Assembly (NCBI GenBank): GCA_050290185.1
Contig: JBNKHE010000005.1
Coordinates: 128,001-192,000 of the forward strand
Reading direction: 5' to 3'
Length of the DNA: 64,000 nt
Origin: Pontiella sp.
GTDB lineage: Bacteria > Verrucomicrobiota > Kiritimatiellia > Kiritimatiellales > Pontiellaceae
Below the pieces are notes generated by a model that saw nothing but the letters and a program-made list of their open reading frames with translations, was not told where the DNA came from and made no database searches. The position numbers were made by a program, and so were the translations under genes. Below are positions 38,641 through 49,218 of the stretch, in pieces (within the stretch, counting starts at the first letter, position 1; every line of letters starts with the position of its first letter).

Positions 38641-40635
38641 TTACAATTTCAACAGGTCGGGGATCGTCGGGACCTGTCTTTTCAAGGGAGTTACCGTAAA
38701 CTCAAATTTCTCGGTGCCGACCTGGGTTACCTCAACCTGGATGCGATCCAGTGGTTCGGGCACTTGTTCGCTGATGGCAGCATGCCATAGCCCCTTACTC
38801 GTTTGGCCTTCGGTAAAAGACCAGGAATGCATACCGATGGAATTATTTCCGTTGTATACCAGCGCCCAGTAATTATTCGGTAATGTTTTCCACCCCAGGA
38901 CCGGTGTAATTTTGAAGGGATCCTGAACAATTTTAAAAACATAGGTGCGTAGGCTGGCTCCCTTATCGACTCGATCATCGACATGATCTTGAAACAGATA
39001 GAAGCCCACGGGTTCTTCCGCCGAGACGGTCAGTGTCAGGTTAGTGGTTATCCTGGCCAGCGGGATCAAACCGTATTGCTGGATCATTTTTTCTGTCGGC
39101 AGCGCGTCGGCAAGTTCGGGGACGCCCAGATCCTCGGCCAACCTCCTCAGTTCGATGCGGGAACTTCCATCCTGTCTCAGGCTGAGGCCGCCGACGGCAG
39201 AGGTCAGTTCCTCGCTCGCTTTGTCTTTTTCCCCCTGGCTTGCCCAGAAACGGGCCAGTTCGAGGTGACCCTGCATGGATTTCGGCTCCTCCGACGCTAT
39301 CCGTTCCCTGAACTGTCCCATGATATCAGTCGATTGCGTTTCCCTGAACTGTCGCCCAAAGAACAACAGGGTGTACAACGGGTAGTCTGCATTCAGCAAC
39401 CCGGCGAGAACTGCATCCGTCTCTTCTGCCGAAAAGGGATTGCGGTAACGGGCGATCATGGGGAGGTAGGAGCCTTTTTTAAGCGGGTTGTCGGATCGAT
39501 AAACCCGCAGTTCCTCCTGCCCGCGGTGCATGCGAAGAAAGGTATCCCTGTCGGAATCGTCCACCCATCCGTCCTCCTCAAGCGCTTTCCGATAGAGGGC
39601 CAGGGCATCATCCGTTGATCGCACCTCCTCGACCCACCAGGTGGTGTGGTTGTGTGTGAGCAGGTCGGTACCGCTGATCATTTCCCGGATGGTGTCGTCG
39701 TCAAACGGCATGGGCGGAGTAGGCGTGCAGGTGCCTAGGGCGTTGTCCGGGACCGGTGGCTGGGGGAGACTGGCATACCAGGTTGTGCCAATCATCGATT
39801 TGAGATGGACGAACAAGGTTTTCACGATGTCCTCGGCCGCCGTCGAATATTTGGCCGCATATGATTCGTAGCCGAGCGTGGTGGATTCATGGTTGATGCT
39901 GATGGCCGTATCTTGTTTTCCCATAGGAAGAGGTAGCCAGGGGGCAGCAAGAGCTTGCGCAGCCTTGATCTTGAAATCCACCTTGGCACTGGTCATGTGC
40001 ATCATCGGAAGCACCGGGGCGCTGACACGCTCAACGTCCATGATAATGTAGATTCCGGGAAGGCGCGCGCCATCACGGGGGCTAGTTCCGGCGGGATAGT
40101 ACGATACCTCATCGACGGCAGGGGACTTCAATAGATACTGCTGAAGAATCTGAGCGGTTTTGACCGCGAGCGGATCCCTGCTTTTATTGAGGATCGCGAT
40201 ACGGCGCGCATCCAGAAAGGTAATGTTTTCAAAGCCGAATCCGCCGCTTACGGTGGTCGCATTGGAGGAGATCCGTATCGTTGCCTTGGATGACAGGTCG
40301 TATGCCTTGCGGGGGGTATCACTGACGACGATGCGGGGTTTGTCGGGAAGCCTGCCGATAGGCAGGGCCAGCAGAAGCGAAAGCCCAAAAAAAGGAAACA
40401 CGATTACCCGGGAACGTTTAAGATGCCGTGGTGGAGTTTCGCTCGGGCGCATTTTAACGCCATAGATAAAATAGAGCAGGGCCATTGCTGGATTCAGTGT
40501 CAGCAAGCCCACGCCCCAGAAGATCTTGGTGCGCCAACCCTTCCCCGCAATCGGATAAAACTCGGTTTTACCCATCCAGTGAATCAAAAGCCCAAGCCAC
40601 ACGAGAGCCGGGATTACGCCCATCACCAAGCCCAT
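38641..40635 (-). CDS. Hypothetical membrane protein with large extracytoplasmic domain (paralog B)
   Basis: GAAAGGGGGA RBS; RRIAILN..(DP)L..KTA..LQQ.L and VDEV.YYPAG..P..GA.LP shared with paralog A. Confidence 0.7.
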   Translation of the reverse strand: MGLVMGVIPALVWLGLLIHWMGKTEFYPIAGKGWRTKIFWGVGLLTLNPAMALLYFIYGVKMRPSETPPRHLKRSRVIVFPFFGLSLLLALPIGRLPDKPRIVVSDTPRKAYDLSSKATIRISSNATTVSGGFGFENITFLDARRIAILNKSRDPLAVKTAQILQQYLLKSPAVDEVSYYPAGTSPRDGARLPGIYIIMDVERVSAPVLPMMHMTSAKVDFKIKAAQALAAPWLPLPMGKQDTAISINHESTTLGYESYAAKYSTAAEDIVKTLFVHLKSMIGTTWYASLPQPPVPDNALGTCTPTPPMPFDDDTIREMISGTDLLTHNHTTWWVEEVRSTDDALALYRKALEEDGWVDDSDRDTFLRMHRGQEELRVYRSDNPLKKGSYLPMIARYRNPFSAEETDAVLAGLLNADYPLYTLLFFGRQFRETQSTDIMGQFRERIASEEPKSMQGHLELARFWASQGEKDKASEELTSAVGGLSLRQDGSSRIELRRLAEDLGVPELADALPTEKMIQQYGLIPLARITTNLTLTVSAEEPVGFYLFQDHVDDRVDKGASLRTYVFKIVQDPFKITPVLGWKTLPNNYWALVYNGNNSIGMHSWSFTEGQTSKGLWHAAISEQVPEPLDRIQVEVTQVGTEKFEFTVTPLKRQVPTIPDLLKL

Positions 40636-40696
40636 AACACATCCCCCTTTCAATAAAGTTTAAAGGGTATGTTTAAATCAGCGAGGTGGCAAGCGG

Positions 40697-42025
40697 TTAC
40701 CAAGAATTGCGGTCGAATAATAGGCGCTGGCCGCGGATGGCATCGTTGATCTGTCCGTTTTGATAGGCAAGCTGGCCATTGACGAGGGTGGCTGCAATGG
40801 AGGTTTTGAAGGTGACACCTTCGAAGGGCGACCAGCCGCATTTATATTCGATGTTCTCTTTGGTGACCGTGGACGGGGTTTCCGTGTCTATCAGCACGAG
40901 GTCGGCCCAATAGCCCTCTCGGATAAAGCCACGGTCCAGACATTGGAAAATCCGGGCCGGATTATGTGCCGTCTTTTCGGCGACCATTTCCAACGGGAAG
41001 AATTCCAGTGCGGTGGTCATGGCGCTTTGGATCAGGGGAAGACCGGAAGGTGCCGAGCCGTAGGGGTTTTGCTTTTCTTCCCATAGATGCGGCGCATGGT
41101 CGGTTCCGATGGTGTCGATGACTCCATCGATGACGGCTTGACGGAGTGCGGTGCGGTCGGCTGGCGTTTTAATGGATGGGTTGCATTTGATGAGCGCGCC
41201 TTTTTCTTCGTAGTCGTCCGAAGAAAACCAGAGCATGTGCGGGCAGGCTTCGGCCGTGATTTTTTTTCCGGTAACCGGGCCCGCTTTAAAGAACTCGAGC
41301 TCCTTGGCGGTCGTCAGGTGCAGCACGTGAATCTGCGAGTTGTATTTGGTGGCCAGTTCAACGGCAAGAGCGGTGGAGCGGTAGCACGCTTCTTCGGAGC
41401 GGATTTTCCAGTGCTCGGAGAAGGGGATGTTCTCGCCATATTTTGCGCGGGCGGCTTTTTCGTTTTCGCGGATGGTATTGGTGTCTTCGCAGTGCAGGGA
41501 AATGGGCACTTTGATCTGTCCGAAAATGTTCTCCAACTGCTCGGTGCGGTCGACCAGCAGTCCGCCGGTGGAAGCTCCCATGAACAGCTTGACGCCACAG
41601 ACGGTTTTCGGGTCCATCGCAAGCAGTTCGTCGATATTGTTGTTGGAGGCGCCGAGATGGAAGGAATAGTTCGTGATGCATTTTGTGGCGGCAAGCGCAA
41701 ATTTATCTTCAAGCACGGCGTTTGTGATGGCCGCCGGCTTGGTGTTGGGCATTTCCATGATGGACGTGACGCCGCCTGCCGCGGCGGCCCGGCTTTCGGA
41801 ATGCATGTCTGCCTTGATTTCCAGGCCGGGCTCGCGGAAATGGACGTGGCAGTCGATCATCCCTGGCAACAAAGCCTTTCCGGCGGCGTCGATGACCGTA
41901 TCGGCGGACTGGTTCGTCAGGCCGGGGGCGATTTTCTCAATCCGTCCGTTCTTGATGAAAACGTCGGCGTCGGAGGTTTTGCCCTCGTTTACAAGCTTGG
42001 CGTTGGTAATCAGTGTCGTTTGCAT
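40697..42025 (-). CDS. pyrC: Dihydroorotase
   Basis: DCHVHFREPG, MPNT, KLFMGASTG, HCED, KCNP and TDHAPH motifs. Confidence 0.92.
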   Translation of the reverse strand: MQTTLITNAKLVNEGKTSDADVFIKNGRIEKIAPGLTNQSADTVIDAAGKALLPGMIDCHVHFREPGLEIKADMHSESRAAAAGGVTSIMEMPNTKPAAITNAVLEDKFALAATKCITNYSFHLGASNNNIDELLAMDPKTVCGVKLFMGASTGGLLVDRTEQLENIFGQIKVPISLHCEDTNTIRENEKAARAKYGENIPFSEHWKIRSEEACYRSTALAVELATKYNSQIHVLHLTTAKELEFFKAGPVTGKKITAEACPHMLWFSSDDYEEKGALIKCNPSIKTPADRTALRQAVIDGVIDTIGTDHAPHLWEEKQNPYGSAPSGLPLIQSAMTTALEFFPLEMVAEKTAHNPARIFQCLDRGFIREGYWADLVLIDTETPSTVTKENIEYKCGWSPFEGVTFKTSIAATLVNGQLAYQNGQINDAIRGQRLLFDRNSW

Positions 42026-42086
42026 GCGGGGCAAGATAGTGGAGCAGCGAATGCAGGAAAAGCAACGATTACGGATTATTGCAAGG

Positions 42087-42329
42087 TTAGCTGATTATCA
42101 GCAATACCAGCCAGGGCACGAACACGAATACGATGAATACAATCTTGTAGACCCCGAGAAAACCGTAGAGCGTGGCTTTGATCGCATCTGGAGACAACCC
42201 GAACAGCTTGCCATGCACCCGTACGATAAAATCCTTAAGCACTATGCACATGACCGCCGAGAATATAAGCATCCCCAGATTGATCACCGTCATCCACATG
42301 AAGAAATCCTTAAGCAGTAAAACATTCAT
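42087..42329 (-). CDS. Small two-TM membrane protein (DUF6868-like)
   Basis: GGAGG RBS; FFMW.TVINLG...H.KLF.LS....Y..LG.YKI..IVF..VPW. Confidence 0.65.
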   Translation of the reverse strand: MNVLLLKDFFMWMTVINLGMLIFSAVMCIVLKDFIVRVHGKLFGLSPDAIKATLYGFLGVYKIVFIVFVFVPWLVLLIIS

Positions 42330-42530
42330 ACACCCTCCGTATTTATAGGACACCACTCCAGCGTTTTTGTTGACTCAATCATGGTTCTTAATCGAATTGA
42401 TCAGTACGGTCCAATATGGGTCTAATTACTTGTTATACAACGGGATTTAACATGGAATAAGTCGAAATGCTTTACTTTTCACGGGCTTTCCGGCATATAT
42501 GAAAGGCTATTTCATAACATAAGGAAAAAC

Positions 42531-45500
42531 ATGCATAAAACCACGTTTACCATTTTGGCTACACTACTTTCCGTGGCTGCTGCAAGAGCGGCGGTAGACC
42601 CGATCACATCGTTCAACAACCTTGATTTTGATAATTCGACGTCAGGAACAAGCGGTGGATTTGATACGGGCGGTTATGACGTTCCCGGTTGGACGGATTA
42701 CGATGCCCCCCTTGCCGACGCAGGAATTGGTGGAGTGCCTGGCGATTGGTGGAGTGCCCAGGATGGTTACGCCGCTTTTATGGCATCTGGCGACGCAGCC
42801 TACACGATGAGCACGTATACCATCCAGTCGGGGGATCGATTTGCCATCGACTTTTATGCCATGCACTGGGAATGGGAGGGGACGGGTGAATGGACCGTCA
42901 CTTTGTTTTATGACAATCCTGCCAATGTAATCGGTACCTTTGTACAGGGAGGTCTTCCCAACAGCGGTACATGGACCCGCTACACCAGCCCTGCAATTGC
43001 AGCAACACCCGCCTCGGTCGGCCATACGCTCGGTGTCCTGTTTACAAGCACGGGCACGGGCATCTCGCAAGTGGACGAAATTACGGTGGGTTGGCCATTG
43101 GACCTGCAGTATTACTGGGGCGATGACTTTTCCGGCACCTTGGTTAATGAAGACAAATGGCAAGTTAACGGGCCCGATTGGGGCATGTCCACTGCGTCTC
43201 CCACTGCGGCGTCGGCCAGCAAGGTGCATGTGGGTGATGGTAGTCTGTCGCTTGAGGCCACCCGGACGAAAGTCAACGGATCCAATAATGCTGGTGATGA
43301 AATATTTGATGGAGGTCTGATTTCGACCGACGGGAAACCCCGTTTCAGTGGAGATTGCTACATCGAGGCCCGCATCCTGCTCCCCGATACCATAGGCTCA
43401 TGGCCCGCATTCTGGGCGCTGCACAACGGCTGGCCGCCGGAGATGGACATCATGGAATATCCATACGGAGCCTACGGCAATGACCAGTATCATACGGCAT
43501 TTCACTACACGAATCCCAGTGGCGGGCAATCCGCCGGCGCCGGTGCGGTGAATCCGGGTTCGGCAGGCGACCTGCGAGGCTCGTACCATATCTTTGGTGT
43601 CGATTGGGACTATAACAACTCGGTCAGGTTTTATTTTGACGGAGCCGAGGTCAGCTCGTTCTATAGCACGACAGAAGTCTCTGAAATGGCGGACCTTTAC
43701 CTGATCCTCAACTACGCCGTCGGCGGCTGGCCTGCCGTGCCAAGCACCACCGACTGGCCGGTGGGTTTCACGGATGAGACATTGGTAGACTGGGTCCGCG
43801 TCTGGAAATACGGCGCAACCAAGGCGACGGCATGGCAGGGCGACGGTGCTGGATCAAATGCGGCTTGGAACAATGCCGGCCACTGGTCGAACGGGGAGCC
43901 TACCCTCAGCGGCGTGACGGCAAACTTCGATACAATTTCCCCGGAGACATCGCAAACCGTCGATATTCCCGGAACGCGCAGGGCATCGGTCATCAATCTC
44001 GACGGCAGCACCCGCTACCGATTCGGAAACGACACGGATCGACTCATTCTCGGCTTCGGCAATCTGGGCGCGATTCAGCCCGCCATCAATATGGCCGCCA
44101 CCACGACCACCGAGCAGGAATTCTGGTCTATACTCGAATGGTCCGGCACCCTCGGCATCAACAACGACTCGTCTTATCCCTTGCTGCTAACCGGGGGGCT
44201 TGTGGGTGGTGACGGGATCAATATCGACGGTCCCGGTGTGGTCAGTTTTGATGGCAGCGGCAACAATTTCATTGGAACGGTCAAGATTGGTGTCGGGCAG
44301 GGCCCCGGCATCGTCCGTGCGCGCGGGCAGCATGCGCTGGGTCATGGGGACACCGTGATTATCGGTGACACCGGCAATGCGACAACCGCCCGACTGGAAC
44401 TCGAGAACGATAGCCTTGTATCCAATCCGATCAATCTAAGTGGGCGTAGCAACGCCTCGGCCGGAATCGTCAACAACAGCGGCAGCAATACGATCTCCGG
44501 AACGGTCCGTGCCCAAACCGGCGGCGCCAACTACTGGGTCCAATCGGACGCCGGCCAACTTAACCTGACAGGTCCTGTGGCTATGAGCAGTATCGCAACC
44601 GGCACGCGAACCTTCACTCTGCGAGGAGCCGGAGACGGCATGGTCGACGGAGCCATCGAAAACGGAAGCGCCGGAACAATGAATATCGTCAAAGACGGTA
44701 CTGGCACCTGGACGCTCACGGACGGAATCGGCTCATTGTACTTCGAAGGTGCGAATACCTATTCCGGTACGACCACGGTTTCAGACGGCACCCTGGTTGT
44801 AAACGGAACCACCGGCTCCGGCGCAACCACCGTGGCCAGCGGCGCGACACTGGCAGGTCGGGGCTTGGTTCACAACAATCTGGTTGCCCAGTCCGGAGCC
44901 ACGATCCGTATCGGTGAAGATGGAATTCCCCATCTATCGAACCCGACATTTGCTCTGATCGACAATTTCGATAGCTACAACAACAGTGGCACCACCACGA
45001 TCGGCTCCAGCGGTAGCGGCGACTGCACCGCCGGTGTTTGGGACGGGGTGTTCGACGGAACCGGAAATGCAAGGGTTCTTGATGTCTCCGGGGCTGGCCA
45101 GGTGTTGGACGTTTACGGGATCCCCGCCAATGGGGCCACGGGGTGGCGCGGAGCAAAGACAGACCTGGCCAACAATTTCGGAGCGGACTTCACCGTGCCC
45201 GATAGTTCGGTTACCACACTCTTTTTCCGGTTCCGGGCCCGGAGCGGCGGCGGCAACTTCGACTGCATGTTCGGGTTGACCGACCAGGTCTACAATCTTG
45301 ACAACACGGATTCATGGCAGGATTTCGCGGTCATGCCGTTTCTGGCCGGCGGCGGCGTTGGCGCGGCTGATTTCCAGGTTGCTGAAACAACCATTATCAA
45401 TAACGTCGCGGCGGACACGTGGTACAATGTCTGGCTCGTAGTGGACACCACCGCCAATGATTTCGATGTCTATACCTCGACGGGAACCGCGGCCGGGACA

Positions 45501-46331
45501 CTTAAGTATGCCGGCTCCGCGTTCAGGAACGGTCTGGGCAAGGGATCGCTCACGACCTTTGGCGTGGCACAGCGGGAAGCAGGTCATGTCCAGATTGACA
45601 ACATCCACATTTCCAGCGGGGTGGATATTTCTAATCCACTGAACGTGGCGTCCCCCGCGCTGACGGCGGAAACGTTGTCGGTTGAAAACGATTGTTTCCT
45701 CGCGGCCAGCACGGCACTTGAGTTTGACCTCTTTGACACCAGCACATACGACCGCTTGGCCGTTGGCGGAAACCTCTCGGCAGGAGGAACCCTGCGAGTT
45801 GCTCAAGATGCCGCAGGAACCCCTCCGGCTCTGGGTGATACGTATGATCTGTTCGATGCCACGGGCTTCTCCGGAAACTTCGCGAGCTATGATCTGCCCT
45901 CGTTGGCTGCCGGATTGAAATGGAACACCGATTCCATCGGCAACGGTGTGATCAGCGTGGAAGCTGATCCGTCCGTCTTTGCCGGCTACATGCTCAACTA
46001 TGGCATTCCGGGTGCGCTGTTCGAGGATGATGCAAACTCCAATGGAATTCCGAACGGCATGGAGTATTATCTGGGCTGGAATCCAACCAATCCATTGACC
46101 ACGAACCGTGTTCTGTCCTTTACCAGCAACTATCTTTCCGTGGTGCACCCGTACAATTCTTCGGCATCCGGTGTGACGGGGTCCGTGGAATGGACAACGG
46201 ACCTGTTGTCCAGCAATTGGTTCACAACCGGCATCACCTATGCGACAAATAGTTCGCCGGATGAAATCGAAGCAACACTGGGAAGCACAACGACCAATCA
46301 GCTTTTCATTCGCTTGAAAGTGGAGCAGTAG
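42531..46331 (+). CDS. Large secreted multidomain glycoside hydrolase family 16 protein with autotransporter-associated beta-strand repeats
   Basis: Signal peptide; GH16 WPAFW and EMDIME; repeat-like KDGTGTWTL...ANTYSGTTTVSDGTL; C-terminal DANSNGIPNGMEY...NP and LFIRLKV motifs. Confidence 0.85.
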   Translation: MHKTTFTILATLLSVAAARAAVDPITSFNNLDFDNSTSGTSGGFDTGGYDVPGWTDYDAPLADAGIGGVPGDWWSAQDGYAAFMASGDAAYTMSTYTIQSGDRFAIDFYAMHWEWEGTGEWTVTLFYDNPANVIGTFVQGGLPNSGTWTRYTSPAIAATPASVGHTLGVLFTSTGTGISQVDEITVGWPLDLQYYWGDDFSGTLVNEDKWQVNGPDWGMSTASPTAASASKVHVGDGSLSLEATRTKVNGSNNAGDEIFDGGLISTDGKPRFSGDCYIEARILLPDTIGSWPAFWALHNGWPPEMDIMEYPYGAYGNDQYHTAFHYTNPSGGQSAGAGAVNPGSAGDLRGSYHIFGVDWDYNNSVRFYFDGAEVSSFYSTTEVSEMADLYLILNYAVGGWPAVPSTTDWPVGFTDETLVDWVRVWKYGATKATAWQGDGAGSNAAWNNAGHWSNGEPTLSGVTANFDTISPETSQTVDIPGTRRASVINLDGSTRYRFGNDTDRLILGFGNLGAIQPAINMAATTTTEQEFWSILEWSGTLGINNDSSYPLLLTGGLVGGDGINIDGPGVVSFDGSGNNFIGTVKIGVGQGPGIVRARGQHALGHGDTVIIGDTGNATTARLELENDSLVSNPINLSGRSNASAGIVNNSGSNTISGTVRAQTGGANYWVQSDAGQLNLTGPVAMSSIATGTRTFTLRGAGDGMVDGAIENGSAGTMNIVKDGTGTWTLTDGIGSLYFEGANTYSGTTTVSDGTLVVNGTTGSGATTVASGATLAGRGLVHNNLVAQSGATIRIGEDGIPHLSNPTFALIDNFDSYNNSGTTTIGSSGSGDCTAGVWDGVFDGTGNARVLDVSGAGQVLDVYGIPANGATGWRGAKTDLANNFGADFTVPDSSVTTLFFRFRARSGGGNFDCMFGLTDQVYNLDNTDSWQDFAVMPFLAGGGVGAADFQVAETTIINNVAADTWYNVWLVVDTTANDFDVYTSTGTAAGTLKYAGSAFRNGLGKGSLTTFGVAQREAGHVQIDNIHISSGVDISNPLNVASPALTAETLSVENDCFLAASTALEFDLFDTSTYDRLAVGGNLSAGGTLRVAQDAAGTPPALGDTYDLFDATGFSGNFASYDLPSLAAGLKWNTDSIGNGVISVEADPSVFAGYMLNYGIPGALFEDDANSNGIPNGMEYYLGWNPTNPLTTNRVLSFTSNYLSVVHPYNSSASGVTGSVEWTTDLLSSNWFTTGITYATNSSPDEIEATLGSTTTNQLFIRLKVEQ

Positions 46332-46358
46332 GAATGAAGCGAAACCGGCGAGGTAGGG

Positions 46359-46812
46359 CGTATCAGCGGGCCAGCACTTACGCCGGGAAAATGGACCCAT
46401 GTTGGAGTGAGTGCGTCTGAACTATATCGGCAAGGGACAATCCGCTGAATCACCCTTCTTTCAAGGGCAGATCTTTCAACTGCGCCTGATGTCGAATGAA
46501 CTGACGGATATGAATGTAAGGAAGCTCGCGGAGCACGTGTCCGTTTATTTTAACGCCGGAGAGTTAAAGTTCGGGGTCTCTTCAGGCATGAAATTTTCAA
46601 AATCACTGGCAGGCACAGCCCAGGGAGGAAGCGGGAAGCTGCGATATGCAAAGACTGCCGGATCAGAATGGCTTACCATCCATCCGGATGGCAGCATGGA
46701 AGGGCGGTCGTCAAAATCCGACAAAGGTCTCAACATATTCATCATTACCGTGCAGGATGAAGAGGGCCGTATCGACGCAAAGAAGATGATGGTCGAGGTT
46801 CGGGGACGCTGA
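46359..46812 (+). pseudogene. Remnant of a LamG-like plus Ig-like (He_PIG) domain gene
   Basis: One frame reads ALTPGKWTHVGVS; the next reads NYIGKGQSAESPFFQGQI..LRL, then Ig-like WLTIHPDG.MEG...FIITVQD; no plausible start. Confidence 0.55.
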
Positions 46813-46816
46813 CGGT

Positions 46817-48244
46817 TCAGCATCTAAGCAGGTTAAACCGATGGGGTTGAAGAAAACAGTCCAGTAGCTTTCCGGCCTTCACCGAAGTCACATCGCGCGG
46901 CTGTGTTTCCGCCAGTTGCTGGTACAGGTTAAGCAGCCGGTTTCCATAGGCTTCGATGCCGTAGTGCTCCTGCACGATCCGGCGGTTATGTCCGATGCAT
47001 TCCGAGTCGATTAACGACGCGAAGGGGGGCATCTTGCTATGATCCTCCGGATGGTCAACGAGATGTTCAAGAACCCGACGTTGCAACGGCTCATCAAGAA
47101 TCCCGAAGTCCACCATGCCGTTGCTCATGAGAGTTGATATAGCCTCTTCAAGATATATCGGATTCCAGTCTCTTCCATACGATTGATAACTCTGCTTCAT
47201 CGCCCGTTCCAAGGTGCTCATGAACGCCGATTCTCCGACCCACTCGATCGGTACGGGAAGGGTGTCGTAGAGCGCGGACAGATCCAGTCCTTCTTCTTCG
47301 AAATCGGTGGTGATCTCGGGGAGCTTGCGACCCATGATCGATTTGCCTTCGAGCCACGGTTCAAGAAAGGCGAGCCCAAAACCTTCGGCAATACTGGTTG
47401 TGATCAACGCGTCTGCGTGTTGCACCAATTGTGAAAAATCGTGCTTTCGTCCAGCATCGAACTCAACGGGAAGGTCCAGCTCCTGAGCAAAGACGACCCA
47501 TTCGTTGTAGTACTTCTGCCATTGGGGGTTTTGAGGTGCGAGTGTGCTTTGGAACCGGTAGTCGTCCGGCGCCAACACGCTCCATAATAAAAACTCGCCC
47601 AGATTCTTCCGGCGAATTGCACGAGCAGGGTAGACAATCGTTTTAGTCCCCGTTGGATCCCGGACGACTTCCTGTTGGCTATGAGCCGCAATGGCGTTAG
47701 GGAGTTCGTGCACATGCGATAGCCCGATGTCGGCAAGGAAGGACTTGTCGCGATAGTTGATGGGGGCATACCAAACGTGTTCGGCCAACGGGTAGAGTAT
47801 TCGGTTAAGGGCATCCCCAAGATGCCCCCGCAGGAGCTGGTAGTTCTTCGGACGGCCGTCTTCTGCAAAATCGTGCGGTTGAAGCAACAGGCGGCAGCCG
47901 GCATTGGCCAGATGCCAGACCAGTTGTGGCATGAAGTTGTTTTTACCAAGTGCGTGGTTGTGGATGTGCCATATGTCGGGATCGCGCCCCAGCAGACTGC
48001 GGGCGGTAAAACGCAGATCCTCCGCCACCTGTTCGAAATCGTTGTGATGGTCTTCCGAATAACCAAGTGCTTCAAACGGTTCCGTGATCGGTGTCAATGC
48101 GTCGTCGGGAGCAGGGGCCTCTCCCGTAAGAACCAGAAAATCAACCTGGTCGCCAACCGCCTCGACCGCGCGTTCGATCACCCGCGTGACTCCTCCGGGG
48201 CGCAAGTGATAGTGAAGGATTGCAACTGCGAGTTTTCCGACCAT
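46817..48244 (-). CDS. Glycosyltransferase family 4-like protein
   Basis: HYHLRPGGVT, HNHALGKN, RAIRRKN and TTSIAEGFGLAFLE motifs. Confidence 0.8.
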   Translation of the reverse strand: MVGKLAVAILHYHLRPGGVTRVIERAVEAVGDQVDFLVLTGEAPAPDDALTPITEPFEALGYSEDHHNDFEQVAEDLRFTARSLLGRDPDIWHIHNHALGKNNFMPQLVWHLANAGCRLLLQPHDFAEDGRPKNYQLLRGHLGDALNRILYPLAEHVWYAPINYRDKSFLADIGLSHVHELPNAIAAHSQQEVVRDPTGTKTIVYPARAIRRKNLGEFLLWSVLAPDDYRFQSTLAPQNPQWQKYYNEWVVFAQELDLPVEFDAGRKHDFSQLVQHADALITTSIAEGFGLAFLEPWLEGKSIMGRKLPEITTDFEEEGLDLSALYDTLPVPIEWVGESAFMSTLERAMKQSYQSYGRDWNPIYLEEAISTLMSNGMVDFGILDEPLQRRVLEHLVDHPEDHSKMPPFASLIDSECIGHNRRIVQEHYGIEAYGNRLLNLYQQLAETQPRDVTSVKAGKLLDCFLQPHRFNLLRC

Positions 48245-49218
48245 TACTCAATGCCGAATTTTTCGCGGTACTCAGAGATTTCAATCATGGGCGGGCGCTC
48301 TTCCTCGACAATTTCATAGGCGATCTGTTCGAAGGTTTCGTCCTTGGCCTGAAACTGACGCAGCAGGGTGCTGAGATCGGGCAACTTACCAATGACGCCG
48401 AGTGCTTCGGCTCTGAACAGAAACGCACGGAGAATACCGAAAGCCATTTTCCCGAGGTCGCGGGTTTCCTGGTTTCGGTGGACCCGCTGGTCGAGATCAA
48501 CCTGGGCAATCGCATCCATGCCCCATTTTTCATAGACATCTATCAGGTGCGAGGTTTCAACTCCGTAGCCGATGGGGAAGGGGATTTTGTCCAGGACTTC
48601 GCGCCGGACGGCATATTCGCCGGAGAGCGGCTGGATCAGCCCGGTCAGGTCGGGGAAGAAAAGCGAAAACAACGGCCGCACAAGAATCTCGGTCACCCGT
48701 CCGCCGCCGGATGGCCGCACCCCCTGGGAGAAAGCCAGCGGCCGGTCGTAGAAGGCTTTGACGTAGTGGACTTCCGGGCGGTAGATCAGAGGCGCAACGA
48801 GCCCGTATACAAAACGCGGATGAATGTTCTTAATGTCGGCGTCGACATAGACGATGATGTCGCCCGTCAGCTCGTATACCGCTTTCCATAGGTTTTCTCC
48901 CTTGCCCTTCTTTTCTCCGTATTGCGGAAGGATATCCTTGGAAAGATAGACGTCGGCACCAAAGGTCGATGCAATTTCCCGTGTGCTGTCGGAGGAGCCG
49001 GAATCGATTACGGCAATTTCATCAAGCAAAGGATAGCGGTCCATCAATTCAGATTTGAATATGACGATTTCTTTGCCAATCGTCTTCTCCTCGTTGAGGG
49101 TCGGCAGGCACAGGGAAATTTTAAGGCCCTGTTTCTCCTTTTCCTGTACAAGCTTCTTGAGGTCCCAGAATTGGGAGTGGTGGATGGTGTTGTTCTTGAT
49201 CCAGTTATTCAGGCTCAT
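48244..49218 (-). CDS. gpgS: Glucosyl-3-phosphoglycerate synthase
   Basis: LPTLNEE, DSGSSD, GKGENLW, DAD, GGGRVTE, QPLSGEYA and GYGVE motifs. Confidence 0.9.
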   Translation of the reverse strand: MSLNNWIKNNTIHHSQFWDLKKLVQEKEKQGLKISLCLPTLNEEKTIGKEIVIFKSELMDRYPLLDEIAVIDSGSSDSTREIASTFGADVYLSKDILPQYGEKKGKGENLWKAVYELTGDIIVYVDADIKNIHPRFVYGLVAPLIYRPEVHYVKAFYDRPLAFSQGVRPSGGGRVTEILVRPLFSLFFPDLTGLIQPLSGEYAVRREVLDKIPFPIGYGVETSHLIDVYEKWGMDAIAQVDLDQRVHRNQETRDLGKMAFGILRAFLFRAEALGVIGKLPDLSTLLRQFQAKDETFEQIAYEIVEEERPPMIEISEYREKFGIE

